This document shows, one piece after another, positions 40,798 through 54,442 of a stretch of DNA of 64,000 nt. The translations under genes and the position numbers were made by a program. How positions within the stretch are numbered: the first letter of the stretch is position 1; the number at the start of each line of letters is the position of its first letter. Where the stretch lies: assembly GCA_964393845.1 (NCBI GenBank), contig CAYMUX010000003.1, forward strand, positions 48-64,047, given 5' to 3'. The notes under the pieces are model-generated. The model was not told where the DNA came from and ran no database searches. It saw only the letters and a list, made by a program, of their open reading frames with translations. Source of the stretch: an uncultured Nitrospiraceae bacterium. Its GTDB lineage: Bacteria; Nitrospirota; Thermodesulfovibrionia; UBA6902.

Positions 40798-41222
40798 TTA
40801 TCCGCATGAAGAGCCGCAGCTTGGTCCGCATGACGGAGGATTGGGATTGTTGATTATAAATCCCTGTTTCTCCCCGTCATCGACAAAATCGATAGTCATG
40901 CCGTCGAGTTTTTCAGAAGCATCTTTGTCGATAAAAAACCTGGTGCCGTTTTGTTCTATGACTTTATCCCCGTCAACGGGGCTTTCTACAATATCTATTC
41001 CGTATGAGGGCCCGCAGCAGCTGCTGCCGGCTGTGTAAAATCTGAGTCCCCACCTGGTCTTTCCTTCTGCATATATAGTAACGGCATTAAATTAAAATAC
41101 ATCTTAAGCATTTAATTAGCTGTAATATAAAGGAAATATCATATTTTAACTTAAGTTATTTATTGCCGTTACTATAGTATCTCCTTGGTTTTCTCTGCTG
41201 CTGTGTCTGATATGGTTACCAT
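40798..41222 (-). pseudogene. HesB/IscA-like Fe-S cluster carrier gene interrupted by a ~100-bp insertion.
   Basis: Shine-Dalgarno aaggagg + ATG (41222) encode MVTISDTAAEKTKEIL, then immediate stops inside the insert. Downstream of the insert the same frame continues YAEGKTRWGLRFYTAGSSCCGPSYGID...DDGEKQGFIINNPNPPSCGPSCGSSCG*. Removing 101 nt restores a single 107-aa ORF. Confidence 0.7.
41074..41176. mobile_element. MITE-like non-autonomous insertion (~100 bp, AT-rich) with 13-15-bp terminal inverted repeats and a TA target-site duplication, inserted in the HesB-like gene.
   Basis: Left end tatagtaacggcatt (41074-41088) versus right end attgccgttactata (41162-41176), a 13/15 reverse-complement match; flanking TA on both sides; no coding capacity. 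Confidence 0.65.
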
Positions 41223-41407
41223 CAATAAAATCCTCCTTAAATTGTTGCCGGAAACTGATGCGGCTGTTCTTTTTAGGGTAAAAGAAAAGTATGGAAAAAA
41301 GCAAACATAAATCTTTTTTTAGTTTTTTTTGATGTATACTTTATATAAATACGTACGAACAAATCCGGCACGATAATCTGTTTTTGTTATGAAAGAGAAG
41401 GAGTAAA

Positions 41408-42265
41408 ATGTCCCCTTTAAGATTTAACATATTTCTATGTGCTTTATTAATTACCCTGATTCCATCCTTTTCACAAATATCAAAGGCTGGTGAACCGTTA
41501 ATTTTTGCAGTCCATCCATACCTGCCTGCAACTGAGATTGTTGAGAGGTTTACTCCGCTTGTAAAATACCTGAGTAAAGAATTAGGTGAGACGGTTATAA
41601 TTGACGTCTCGCTTGATTATCAAAATCATATAGCAAGAACCGGTAAGGACAATGTGGATATCGCCTATATGGGACCGGCAAGTTACGTAAAGATGGTTGA
41701 TACGTATGGCAGGAAACCGCTTCTGGCACGTCAGGAAATTAACGGCAAACCCACATTCCACGGGGTAATAATCGTCAAAAAGGACAGCCCGTTGCGATCT
41801 CTCACGGATCTGGCAGGAAAGCGCTTTGCTTTCGGCGACCCGGAGTCTACCATGAGTCATCTGGTGCCCAGATACATGTTATGGAAGGAAGGAGTGACCA
41901 TTGACAACCTGGGCGGCTATGCATTCCTGGCAAATCATCATAATGTGGCGCTCGGAGTGCTTGCCGGGGATTTTGATGCCGGGGCAGTCAAGGAAGAGGT
42001 GTTTGATGAATACGAAAAACGCGGGTTAAGAGACCTTGCAAGGACGCCGGAGATATCGGACCATGTAATTATTGCGACTAACAGACTTTCCCCTGAGAAA
42101 ATACAAAAACTTCGTGATGCCCTGAATTCTCTCAGCGGAAAAGAAGATGGCCGGAATATTCTGAATTCCATCAAACCCTCCATCAGCCTGGTCCCCGCGA
42201 AAGATGAAGATTACGATAACCTGCGTGAAATACTTAAGGCGCTTGCTAAACTGGGAATTTACTAA
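41408..42265 (+). CDS. Periplasmic substrate-binding protein of the phosphonate/phosphate (PhnD-like) family, probably sensor-associated.
   Basis: Signal peptide; PhnD-like fold motifs (FAVHPYLP, RFAFGDPESTMSHLVPR); stop overlaps the start of the downstream hybrid kinase. Confidence 0.6.
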   Translation: MSPLRFNIFLCALLITLIPSFSQISKAGEPLIFAVHPYLPATEIVERFTPLVKYLSKELGETVIIDVSLDYQNHIARTGKDNVDIAYMGPASYVKMVDTYGRKPLLARQEINGKPTFHGVIIVKKDSPLRSLTDLAGKRFAFGDPESTMSHLVPRYMLWKEGVTIDNLGGYAFLANHHNVALGVLAGDFDAGAVKEEVFDEYEKRGLRDLARTPEISDHVIIATNRLSPEKIQKLRDALNSLSGKEDGRNILNSIKPSISLVPAKDEDYDNLREILKALAKLGIY

Positions 42266-44769
42266 TGACTGAAACCGCAAGATTTAAATATCAGCGTGCT
42301 TTTTTGGCATTTATTGCTATACTGCTTGTCTTTCTCATTGTTACTGATATGGTTATCGTGTCGAACCAGCGGAAACAGCTAATGAGTGACGCGGAGAACC
42401 ACATGCGGTCTGAAGTGGATTTAGTAGAGACGTTTATACGGGAACCGCTTCTGAAACATGATTATGCAAAGGTAGAACAGTTTCTCACACACTGGGCTGA
42501 GGAGCATAATGAAGTCATTGAGGTCAGGGCGGTGATGCCCAATAATTTTGTACTTGCAGAATACAATCGCAAGACACCATCACGTTATGTCTATGTTTTA
42601 CAGAAACAGGTGCGGTACGGGGACAAAGATCTCATCAGCTTGAAAGTAGTCAAGGATTTTTCAAGCGTTGAGACTATCATCGGCAGACTCCGGCTGCAGC
42701 TCATAGCGTTTTCTCTCTTTCTCACGGCGCTGCTGGGAATTCTCCTTTGGCGTACCGTCAGGACAATGGCGCTGAAGCCACTGGAGATGGAAATCAATCT
42801 GCGCACTCAGGTCGAAGAAAAGCTTCAAAAGGCCAAGGACCAGCTGGAAGCGAGGGTACAGGAACGCACTGCGGAACTGAGGGAAAGTGAACTGCGCCTG
42901 AAAACTATAATAGAGACAGAGCCGGAATGCGTTAAGATTCTTGCGTCTGACGGCGCCCTGCTGACAATGAACCCTGCAGGTCTTGCAATGCTCGAGGCTG
43001 ACTCAATTGAAGAAGTTATAGGCGGCAGCATATATCCTTTTATTGATCCAAAATACAGGGACGCTTTCAGGAAACTTAACGAAGCTGTTATACAGGGGGA
43101 AAAGGGCAGTATGGAGTTTGAATTGACAGGATTGAAAGGAACGCGGCGGTGGCTTGATACACATGCCGTGCCTCTCCGTAATGACAGGAATGAGATTGTG
43201 GGAATACTGAGTGTTACGCGCGATATAACCGAACGCAAAAAATCCGAAACGGAATTGCGGTTTTCAGAGGAGAAATTCTCAAAAGCATTTCGTTCAAGTC
43301 CGACTTTTATAACAATAAGCACTCTTCAGGAGGGGAGGTTTATTGAAGTAAACGATGCATTTCTTAAGGCAAGCGGCTACAGCAAAGAGGAAATGCTCGG
43401 CATATCATCATTAGAACTTGGTATTTGGGCAGACGCTTCTGACCGCAGGGAAATGGTCAGCCTGCTATTAGAACATGGTGTTGTCTATAACAAGGAAAGT
43501 AAATTCCGTATGAAGACCGGTGAAATAATAAATATCCTCTACTCTGCGGAACTTATTGACATAGGCAATGAGCAGTGCATCATCGCGGTAATCCTGGATA
43601 TCACAGAGAGGAAGAAACTTGAAAACCAGCTCCTGCAGGCGCAGAAAATGGAAGCTGTGGGCCAGCTTGCAGGGGGCATTGCCCATGACTTTAATAACAT
43701 CATCACAGCTATTTTCAGTTACGGGTACCTCCTGCAAAGGAAGTTAAGATCAGACGATCCCGCGGCTGATTATATCAATAAAATACTTTCCTTATCTGAC
43801 AGGGCCGCCCAGATAACGAGGGGGCTGCTTACCTTCAGCAGAAAACAGCACTTTGAGGTCGTGCCTGTAAACCTCAACGAAATTATTGGTAATATTAAAA
43901 AGCTTCTGGTAAATTTCATCGCGGAAGACATTGAACTCACCACAAAACTGTTGGATAAGGATATCATAATAATTGCGGACAGGAACCAGATAGAACAGGT
44001 GGTCCTGAATCTCGCAACGAACGCAAGGGACGCCATGCCGAACGGGGGGAAACTGATTATAGAAACTGACCTTGTGGAAATAAACGAAAGCTTTATCAAA
44101 ACTCATGGATTCGGCAGGCTTGGCAAGTATGCCCTTCTAACGGTTACTGATACAGGGATAGGCATGGACGCGGAGACAAGACAGAGGATATTTGAGCCTT
44201 TTTTTACTACAAAGGAAGTCGGCAAGGGGACGGGACTCGGCCTTTCCGTGGTTTATGGCATTATCAAGCAGCACAGCGGCTTCATAAATTTATACAGCGA
44301 GCCGGGCAGGGGGTCCACCTTCAGGATATATTTACCTGAAATTAAAGCGACTGTTGAGAGGAAAAAAGAAGAGGAGCCTCTGCGGCAGATAGGGAAATCA
44401 GCTACAATACTTGTGGCGGAGGACGAGCCGGCAGTCAGGGGGCCGGTCAAAGAGATCCTTGAGGAATACGGATATAAAGTCATAGAAGCGGCAGATGGAC
44501 AGGATGCAGTGGAGAAATTCAAACAATATAAAGATGAAATACAGCTTCTTCTCCTTGATGTAGTAATGCCGAAAATGAACGGGAAGGAAGCATATGAAGA
44601 AATAAAGCGGATGTCCCCGGAGATAAAGGTCATATTTACCAGCGGGTACACTGCAGATGTTATACTTAAGAAAAAAGTCCTTGAAGAAGACGTAATTTTC
44701 ATTTCAAAACCGATAATACCGGACAAGTTATTATCAAGAATAAGGGAGGTCATTGAAGGTGAACGCTAA
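42265..44769 (+). CDS. Hybrid sensor histidine kinase (TM/HAMP-like, coiled coil, 2 PAS, HisKA, HATPase, C-terminal receiver).
   Basis: H-box [10 protein letters not shown]; N box [10 protein letters not shown]; DTGIGM; GLGLSVV; receiver [12 protein letters not shown]. Confidence 0.8.
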   Translation: MTETARFKYQRAFLAFIAILLVFLIVTDMVIVSNQRKQLMSDAENHMRSEVDLVETFIREPLLKHDYAKVEQFLTHWAEEHNEVIEVRAVMPNNFVLAEYNRKTPSRYVYVLQKQVRYGDKDLISLKVVKDFSSVETIIGRLRLQLIAFSLFLTALLGILLWRTVRTMALKPLEMEINLRTQVEEKLQKAKDQLEARVQERTAELRESELRLKTIIETEPECVKILASDGALLTMNPAGLAMLEADSIEEVIGGSIYPFIDPKYRDAFRKLNEAVIQGEKGSMEFELTGLKGTRRWLDTHAVPLRNDRNEIVGILSVTRDITERKKSETELRFSEEKFSKAFRSSPTFITISTLQEGRFIEVNDAFLKASGYSKEEMLGISSLELGIWADASDRREMVSLLLEHGVVYNKESKFRMKTGEIINILYSAELIDIGNEQCIIAVILDITERKKLENQLLQAQKMEAVGQLAGGIAHDFNNIITAIFSYGYLLQRKLRSDDPAADYINKILSLSDRAAQITRGLLTFSRKQHFEVVPVNLNEIIGNIKKLLVNFIAEDIELTTKLLDKDIIIIADRNQIEQVVLNLATNARDAMPNGGKLIIETDLVEINESFIKTHGFGRLGKYALLTVTDTGIGMDAETRQRIFEPFFTTKEVGKGTGLGLSVVYGIIKQHSGFINLYSEPGRGSTFRIYLPEIKATVERKKEEEPLRQIGKSATILVAEDEPAVRGPVKEILEEYGYKVIEAADGQDAVEKFKQYKDEIQLLLLDVVMPKMNGKEAYEEIKRMSPEIKVIFTSGYTADVILKKKVLEEDVIFISKPIIPDKLLSRIREVIEGER

Positions 44770-45832
44770 AGCCGGAAACAGGATTCTCCTGGTGGATGAT
44801 GATCCTTTTATACTTGAATCCGCTGTACAGGTGTTTACAGGACAGCAATATTCTGTGACTGCCTGCAGCAATGCGCATGACGCAGAAGCTGAGATGCAGG
44901 GAAATGAATTTGATGTGGTGCTGACTGATATCAAAATGCCTGGAGTGTCAGGCCTTGATCTCCTTGAGAAAATACACAATGTTAATCCTCATCTGCCGGT
45001 GATATTAATGACCGCTCATGCCGACCTGGATATAGCGGTAGAGGCGATAAAAAAAGGGGCGTTTGATTTTATCTTAAAGCCTTATCATCCGGAATACCTG
45101 GTGCATTCGGTTAATAAAGCTGTTCAATACGGCAATTACCTGAAGTGGAAAGAAAATTACAAGCTTTATCTTGAGGACATGGTCAGGATCAGGACAGAGG
45201 AGCTGGAAGCCTCGAGAAAGGAGGCGGAGAGTTTCAGCAGGGACATCGTGGAACGCTTAACATCAGTCGCCGAATTCAGGGACACCGAGGCAGGGGTGCA
45301 CGTTAAAAGAATAGGAGTTTTATCTCAAATAATCGCATCCGCATTGGGGATGCCGGATGACTTTGTCCTGAAAATCGGACAGGCAAGCCCTCTGCATGAT
45401 ATCGGCAAACTGGGAATTACCGATTATATACTGTTTAAAATGGGACCCCTTTCCCCTGAAGAATTTGAAGTTATAAAAACTCATACGACGCAGGGCGAAA
45501 GGATATTGGCAGGTTCTTCACATCCGATATTAAAGCTGGCGCAATCCATTGCCCTTAACCATCATGAAAGGTGGGACGGCACAGGATATCCCAGTGGCTT
45601 GAAAGGTGAAGCAATTCCTATTGAAGGCAGGATCGTGATGATCGTTGACCAGTATGATGCATTGAGAAGCGAAAGACCATATAAAGAAGCGCTGGACCAC
45701 AAGAACGTCTATGAAATAATTACTAAAGGGGACGGAAGGATAAAGCCGGAGCATTTTGACCCTGCTGTCCTGAATGCATTTATCAAGAAAGCTGCTGACT
45801 TTGACGAGATTTTTAGATTGCTGGCAGATTAA
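44753..45832 (+). CDS. Response regulator with an HD-GYP phosphodiesterase output domain (c-di-GMP hydrolysis).
   Basis: Receiver [13 protein letters not shown]; HD motif PLHDIGK; [11 protein letters not shown]. Confidence 0.8.
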   Translation: MKVNAKAGNRILLVDDDPFILESAVQVFTGQQYSVTACSNAHDAEAEMQGNEFDVVLTDIKMPGVSGLDLLEKIHNVNPHLPVILMTAHADLDIAVEAIKKGAFDFILKPYHPEYLVHSVNKAVQYGNYLKWKENYKLYLEDMVRIRTEELEASRKEAESFSRDIVERLTSVAEFRDTEAGVHVKRIGVLSQIIASALGMPDDFVLKIGQASPLHDIGKLGITDYILFKMGPLSPEEFEVIKTHTTQGERILAGSSHPILKLAQSIALNHHERWDGTGYPSGLKGEAIPIEGRIVMIVDQYDALRSERPYKEALDHKNVYEIITKGDGRIKPEHFDPAVLNAFIKKAADFDEIFRLLAD

Positions 45833-46161
45833 ATCCGGAGGCTGTCTGTGTATCTTCTATTTGGCAGACAGGTTAATAATGATTGTGGGGTATTCACAAC
45901 TGTTTGAAGATAGTCGTAGTAATTACTAAACGGCATGAGATTATCTCTCGATGATTTGTGAAACATTTAAGCTCCAGTCAATGCTTGTGCTCCGTCCCGC
46001 CTCTCAGTAAGCACTCTATTACCTTCATGAAGTGTGAGCAGCTAAAAAATTCTCTAATAGTTTATCATTTAAGTTATTGACCTGTAAAATGAATTGATAT
46101 TTTATTGAGATATTGTCAGAATTATTTAAGAGCAAACCCAGGAATAGAAAATAAATAATCA

Positions 46162-48706
<2,545 letters not shown>

Positions 48707-48796
48707 TAGTATTATGTTATAAATTGTATTGGTTACGCTAAGATAGATATTTGAAGAATCAATTTATTTATCACCGTGAAAAAATTTTATTAGGAG

Positions 48797-49372
48797 ATGC
48801 ATATGGAAAATTATAAAAAGTGGCTAATAGCTGTAATTGCGGTTTCTGTAGCAGTGTTAGTTATAGTTAGTTTCGTTACCAAACAACCAGACAGACAGGA
48901 AAATCCGGTACGTCAGGCACCGGGACAGACTTCCATGCCTCCGGTTGCTCCCGGACCTATGGTGGAGCAGGACCTTAACAAGGTCGTTCCGGTAGATGAA
49001 TTGGGAGTGGACACTAAAGATCCTCAAGCGCTTGCACTTTTTGGAGATAAGTATTTTGAGGGCAGCAAATTTAACCAGGCGATAGAAATATATAAGAAGG
49101 TGCTGGAACTTAATCCTGCTGATATAGATACATATAATGATCTCGGATTGGCCTATCAATATGCAAATAAACCTGATCTCGCAATAGATATATTGATAAA
49201 AGGTACGAAAGTTTTACCGTCATATCAGAGGATATGGTTAAGCCTCGGATTTGTTCACATGTCTACAGGGAATAACAAAGAAGCGAAAGAGGCTTTAAAG
49301 AAGGCGGTAGAACTGAATCCCCAAACAGATGTCGGACAGGAAGCAATGAGAATGATCGACCTCATTAAATAA
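48797..49372 (+). CDS. TPR-repeat protein with an N-terminal membrane anchor.
   Basis: TM segment LIAVIAVSVAVLVIVSF; TPR-like repeats (AIEIYKKVLELNP, YNDLGLAYQ, WLSLGFVH). Confidence 0.6.
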   Translation: MHMENYKKWLIAVIAVSVAVLVIVSFVTKQPDRQENPVRQAPGQTSMPPVAPGPMVEQDLNKVVPVDELGVDTKDPQALALFGDKYFEGSKFNQAIEIYKKVLELNPADIDTYNDLGLAYQYANKPDLAIDILIKGTKVLPSYQRIWLSLGFVHMSTGNNKEAKEALKKAVELNPQTDVGQEAMRMIDLIK

Positions 49373-49625
49373 ACATACCAATTTTAAGGCGTCAGTCTTT
49401 CAAAACTTCTAACTGAAAATTCCTTATAGTGTAATAGGCTGTATATTCTACCAGATACTGGACCAGTTCTGAAGACTTAGTTATTCCCAGTTTCTCCAGT
49501 TCATCCAATATTTCACAGCTCTTTAATGCTATCATCTCAGCCTCCTGCTTATACTTAAGCACATTCCATGCCAAATTAAAAAATGTTGATTCTAAATATA
49601 TTTTTTCATGGGCTTGTTAAATCGC

Positions 49626-49654
49626 TTGACATAAATTGACAGAACTTGTAAATA
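49626..49654 (+). promoter_or_regulatory. Sigma-70-like promoter (TTGACA-17-TAAATA) about 335 nt upstream of htpG.
   Basis: ttgaca taaattgacagaacttg taaata. Confidence 0.3.
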
Positions 49655-49988
49655 CTTGTCGCTTACTCTGGTTTTTCTCAGTGAATTTATTAAGTAAATT
49701 TAGTACACCGGAAAATGACATATAAATAACATGAGTGAAATGCAACAAGGAACATTTTTTTTACACACTGATTTGAATAATTGTAGTTATGGAGTGTTTT
49801 ATTCCTGTGACATTTTGTATCATTTTCTCAACAATACAACTTTTTCTAACGATTTCATTCAGCACAATGCAGGAATTTGACTTTTATGACAAGTAAATAT
49901 TATAAAACATACGTTGTAAGCATTCATTTTCCCCCATCAGGTAACTGCGGCCTCTAACGGGGTATATAAAATAAAGGAGTTTACTAAT

Positions 49989-51902
49989 ATGACTAAAGAA
50001 AACCTGGAATTTAAAGCCGAGGTCAAGCAACTGCTCGATTTGATGATCCATTCCCTTTATTCTCACAAGGATATATTCCTGCGAGAGCTGATTTCCAATG
50101 CTTCGGATGCAATAGATAAGGCACGGTACGAAGCTCTGACTGAAAGCAGCATTATGGAGAACGAAAAAGAGTGGAAGATCAAATTGACTGCCAATAAAGA
50201 AGCCGGAACATTGACTGTAAGCGACAACGGCACCGGCATGACTAAAGATGAAATAACCAAATCGCTTGGAACCATTGCCCATTCCGGCACGAAAGAGTTT
50301 CTTGCCGCGTTACAGAGCAGAGAAGTTAAGGACAACCCGGAGCTCATAGGCCAGTTTGGGGTCGGGTTCTATTCATCATTTATGGTGGCGGACAAGGTGA
50401 CGGTCATAACAAGAAAAGCCGGTTCCGGAGATAAAAAGGCTGTCAAATGGGAATCCTCTGCCGACGGTTTTTTTACTGTAGAGGATACGGAAAAAGAGAG
50501 GAAGGGCACTGATGTAATTTTGCATCTGAAAGAAGATGACAAGAAGTATGTCGAAGAATGGGAGATCCGGGGCATAATCAGGAAATACTCTGACTACATC
50601 GAACATCCCGTTGTAATGGACATTGAGAAGGAAGAAGAGAGCAAGCTGAAAAAAGGGGAGAAGGTCAAAATAAAAGAAGAAGAGACCCTGAATTCGAGAA
50701 AGGCGATCTGGCTCAAAGATAAATCCGAAGTGTCCGATGAAGAATACAAAGAGTTTTACAAACATGTCTCCCATGATTTCACAGACCCTGCAAAAATTAT
50801 TCACTACAAAGCGGAAGGGACTTCCGAGTTCGTTGCGCTTCTGTATATTCCTTCAAACATGCCATTTGATATCTATTATAAAGATTACAAAATGGGACCG
50901 ACTCTTTATGTTAAAAGGGTGCAGATCATGGACCACTGCGAGCAATTGATCCCGAGGTATTTGAGGTTTGTAAAAGGTGTTATTGATTCTTCCGACCTTC
51001 CCCTGAATGTTTCCAGGGAGATGCTTCAGTCCAACCGGCAGGTTGATATTATTAATAAGAGCGTAACGAAAAAAGTCCTCGACACATTAGGCGAGATGAA
51101 AAAGAATGAATATGATAAGTACCTTCCCTTCTATAAGGAATTCGGCAGGATTCTAAAAGAGGGCATTCATTTTGATTTTTCAAGGAAAGAGGCAATCTCC
51201 GATCTGCTTCTGTTCCAGTCAATATCTAAGACCGCTGATATGTACTTAGCACTTCAGGAATATGTTGATAGTATGAAAGAAGGTCAGATGGAGATTTATT
51301 ACATAACAGGCGCAACCTATGATGAAGCAAAGAACTCCCCTTACCTCGAGGCGTTTAAAGAGAAGGGATACGATGTGCTTGTAATGCTCGATGAAGTAGA
51401 CGATTTTATAGCCACCGGCCTGGAGTACAAGGGCAAGAAATTTAAATCCGCCGTCAAGGGTGAGATCGACCTTGATAAATCAAAAGAATCTGAAAATAAA
51501 GAGACAAAGAAAAAGTTCAAGGCGCTGATTGAGCTTATCAAGGACCAGCTTAAGGATGACGTGAAAGACGTGCGGCTTTCAGGCAGGCTTAAAGACACGG
51601 CCTGCTGTCTCGTGGGGGATGAAGCGGATATGGACCCTCAGATGGAAAAACTCTTAAAGGCAATGGGGCAGAACGTTCCTCAAAGCAAACGCATCCTTGA
51701 AATTAACCCGGCCCATCCTATATTTGAGGCAATGAATAAGCTGTTTGAAAAAGAGCAAAAGAGCGTGGTCCTGGAGGGATATATAAAACTCCTTTATGAC
51801 CAGGCGCTATTGCTGGAAGGTTCAAAACCTAAAGACCCTGCTGCATTTGCAAATGCTGTGACAAGGTTAATGATGAGGGATGTGGAAAAGGCGGCGGTTT
51901 AA
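49989..51902 (+). CDS. htpG: Molecular chaperone HtpG (Hsp90).
   Basis: ATPase motifs LISNASDAIDK, DNGTGMT, GQFGVGFYS; 637 aa. Confidence 0.9.
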   Translation: MTKENLEFKAEVKQLLDLMIHSLYSHKDIFLRELISNASDAIDKARYEALTESSIMENEKEWKIKLTANKEAGTLTVSDNGTGMTKDEITKSLGTIAHSGTKEFLAALQSREVKDNPELIGQFGVGFYSSFMVADKVTVITRKAGSGDKKAVKWESSADGFFTVEDTEKERKGTDVILHLKEDDKKYVEEWEIRGIIRKYSDYIEHPVVMDIEKEEESKLKKGEKVKIKEEETLNSRKAIWLKDKSEVSDEEYKEFYKHVSHDFTDPAKIIHYKAEGTSEFVALLYIPSNMPFDIYYKDYKMGPTLYVKRVQIMDHCEQLIPRYLRFVKGVIDSSDLPLNVSREMLQSNRQVDIINKSVTKKVLDTLGEMKKNEYDKYLPFYKEFGRILKEGIHFDFSRKEAISDLLLFQSISKTADMYLALQEYVDSMKEGQMEIYYITGATYDEAKNSPYLEAFKEKGYDVLVMLDEVDDFIATGLEYKGKKFKSAVKGEIDLDKSKESENKETKKKFKALIELIKDQLKDDVKDVRLSGRLKDTACCLVGDEADMDPQMEKLLKAMGQNVPQSKRILEINPAHPIFEAMNKLFEKEQKSVVLEGYIKLLYDQALLLEGSKPKDPAAFANAVTRLMMRDVEKAAV

Positions 51903-52065
51903 CGATATCATCCGTTAAACCGCTTGAGCGGCCCAAACAGTTGAACCGGTTTTTTTAGCCGGCGTTCTCATGCCAAATACTCCTGTTATTATTTGGCCTA
52001 CTTGACGAACTGTTCGGGACATGCTATGCTTAATATAGAATTTTGGAAGTTTTTGTTGTTCATGA

Positions 52066-52098
52066 GGCCACAAAGATTTTTAACTTTGTGGCTTTTTA
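52066..52098 (+). terminator. Terminator-like hairpin + T-run between htpG and the csp gene (in the csp 5' leader).
   Basis: ggccacaaag-atttttaa-ctttgtggc followed by ttttta. Confidence 0.4.
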
Positions 52099-52150
52099 TT
52101 GTTATTGAGACCTTCCAGGATTTCAGTTTATAGATAAGGAGGTAAAAGAA

Positions 52151-52351
52151 ATGAAACAAGGAACTGTTAAATGGTTTAACGACAGTAAAGGTTTTGGCTT
52201 TATTACAAGTGAAGACGGAAGTGATGCTTTTGTGCATCATACATCCATCCAGGGCAATGGCTTTAAGAGTCTTGCCGAAGGCGACTCAGTCAGCTTTGAT
52301 ACTGAAAAGGGACCGAAAGGCCCCAAGGCTGTCAATGTAATAAAACTGTAA
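52151..52351 (+). CDS. Cold-shock protein (CspA family).
   Basis: [18 protein letters not shown]; RNP motifs KGFGFI and FVHHT. Confidence 0.9.
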   Translation: MKQGTVKWFNDSKGFGFITSEDGSDAFVHHTSIQGNGFKSLAEGDSVSFDTEKGPKGPKAVNVIKL

Positions 52352-52407
52352 TTAGCGATAGAGAAGGCCCCTTCCACGCGGAGGGGGTCTTTTCATTTGG
52401 GAGGAAC

Positions 52408-52764
52408 ATGTTTAACAGAAATAATCAGGCAAGGATAGAAAGAAAGCAGGAGAAGGTTGATGCAGGCTTTATGGCTAAACATTTCCCTGAAGTTGCAAGC
52501 ATTGTCATCAGCATGATGTATACCCAGAAAGGAGCAAAATCATTACTTCGGACTGTTAATTTCACTCCGGACAGTTATGCTTTTTTCAAGGTAGCCTGTT
52601 TAAGCAACGATTGTGTTAACGGCGGGTTTGATATGACCCGGATTATAACCTCGATGATCAGAAGCCACAGCGAGGCGCTAAATGGAGAACTCGGTTGTGA
52701 AGACACGGGTCCTCGCGCCGACCACTCAGCTATTGTCTACGAAGTTGCCATTCAATACGCATAA
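52408..52764 (+). CDS. Hypothetical protein.
   Basis: 118-aa ORF with an intrinsic terminator upstream; no motif recognised. Confidence 0.35.
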   Translation: MFNRNNQARIERKQEKVDAGFMAKHFPEVASIVISMMYTQKGAKSLLRTVNFTPDSYAFFKVACLSNDCVNGGFDMTRIITSMIRSHSEALNGELGCEDTGPRADHSAIVYEVAIQYA

Positions 52765-52884
52765 AAAAATGCCGCAGCTCCGCAGTGCAAAATTCTAAAG
52801 AGACTCCGAAAGTTTCTCGTGCTTTGAGATCGTAAAAATAACTGATATCAGTACAGATAGTTAATTATGAATTAAGGAGATATT

Positions 52885-53355
52885 ATGGAAAAAATAAAAA
52901 ATATTGCCCTGGTGGCGCATGATAACCGCAAAAAAGATTTGATCGAATGGATTGAATGGAATTATACATCAATAATTGAACATAAATTAATTTGCACGGG
53001 AACAACAGGGATGATGGTTGAGCAGGCCCTCAAGAAAAAACTTGAGAAAGAAGATATCGAGCTTCATATCACAAAATTAAAATCAGGCCCGCTCGGCGGT
53101 GATCAGCAATTGGGGGCCATGATTTCTGAAGGCAAAGTCGATATAATTATATTCCTATGGGATCCTATGCAGCCTCAACCTCACGATGTCGATGTGAAAG
53201 CCTTATTACGAATTGCCGTCCTTTATAACATCCCAACGGCATGTAATCGCGCAACAGCGGATTTCTTAATATCATCATCATTGATAGGTCAAGAATACAC
53301 TCCCGTAACAAAAGATTATGAAGCATATATTAAAAGAGACGTAAAATTAGAATAG
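52885..53355 (+). CDS. mgsA: Methylglyoxal synthase.
   Basis: IALVAHDNRKKDL, LICTGTTG, FLWDP. Confidence 0.85.
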   Translation: MEKIKNIALVAHDNRKKDLIEWIEWNYTSIIEHKLICTGTTGMMVEQALKKKLEKEDIELHITKLKSGPLGGDQQLGAMISEGKVDIIIFLWDPMQPQPHDVDVKALLRIAVLYNIPTACNRATADFLISSSLIGQEYTPVTKDYEAYIKRDVKLE

Positions 53356-53432
53356 GCAGGACATTGGCAGATAATTACAATCTATGATCATCTCATAATT
53401 TGATCTTTCAGTTAAGCGGTTTCCACTACCTT

Positions 53433-54164
53433 CTATTCACCCCTCTGCTTCGCTATCTCGTGGGCAAAAATGGCGCAGGCCATTGCAACATTAAATGAAA
53501 GTTGTGCGCCTTTCATCGGCAGGGTTACCTTCATATCGAGATGCTTTTCTATCCCATAACGGACCCCCTTCCCCTCCGAGCCCAGGACGAGGACAAGCGG
53601 AAAAGGCAGGGGGACTTTATTAATATTTTCTCCGCCTTCAACGACAGTACCCACAGCCCAGTATCCGGCATTCTTTGCCTTTATCAATGCAGTCGAAAGA
53701 TTAGTGACCATCGATACGGGGACAAAGTTTTCTCCTCCGGAGGCTACATGGATTACTGCATCGGTAACTTCGCAGGAGCCGCGCTCGGGGATGACAAGGG
53801 CAAAACCGCCGAAGCATGCAGCGATCCGCATGATTGAGCCCAGGTTGTGAGGGTCATTCAGGCTGTCCAGAAAAATTAAAGAGAGCTGTTTCCCCCCTGA
53901 TTTGTGAAGCAAATCTTCAAAGGGAGTGTATAAATATTGATTGACCTCGGCTACAATGCCCTGAAGACGGTCGGCGTTTTTAATTCTCAATAAACTTTCT
54001 TCGCTGACAATTTTATAAGGAATTCCCCTGGATTTTATTAAATCAGTTATGTGCAGGGCCTTAAAATTATCCTGTATAAATACTTGTCGTATACTTCCGT
54101 GATTAGCCTTCAAGCGTTCCTGAATGGAGTTTTTTCCATATAAGTACATTTTATTTTTAGCCAA
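53433..54164 (-). CDS. SpoU/TrmH-family RNA 2'-O-methyltransferase (RlmB-like).
   Basis: N-terminal substrate-binding region; SPOUT motifs LDSLNDPHNLGSIMR, LVLGSEGKG, LSFNVAMA. Confidence 0.75.
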   Translation of the reverse strand: MAKNKMYLYGKNSIQERLKANHGSIRQVFIQDNFKALHITDLIKSRGIPYKIVSEESLLRIKNADRLQGIVAEVNQYLYTPFEDLLHKSGGKQLSLIFLDSLNDPHNLGSIMRIAACFGGFALVIPERGSCEVTDAVIHVASGGENFVPVSMVTNLSTALIKAKNAGYWAVGTVVEGGENINKVPLPFPLVLVLGSEGKGVRYGIEKHLDMKVTLPMKGAQLSFNVAMACAIFAHEIAKQRGE

Positions 54165-54384
54165 TGATTCCCTCCGGAAAATTGTTTCGAATAATTAATA
54201 CGTAAATTGAACACTTCTTGCAAGGTCAACTGTGCAAAGTAGGCTTACAAAATAAGACCGATCAATTCAGGTAATAGTAAAATGTATAGCAAAATATAAA
54301 TGGAAGTCAAGAATTAAAAACACTCTGAATAAACAATCTGGTAAATAAACGGATGAAAACAGTATAATTCAAAGGCTTGCTTAG

Positions 54385-54420
54385 GGAGCAATTGCTCCCG
54401 CTTTTTTTTGTTGATAACGT
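54385..54420 (+). terminator. Intrinsic-terminator-like palindrome + T8 immediately upstream of the radical SAM gene.
   Basis: gggagcaattgctccc followed by gcttttttttg. Confidence 0.45.
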
Positions 54421-54442
54421 ATGTTAAACTTTTTTATTAATT

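Noticed and set aside
40742-41038. 98-aa + strand ORF.
   Set aside because: It is antisense to the HesB/IscA-like coding sequence, whose translation has clear family motifs.
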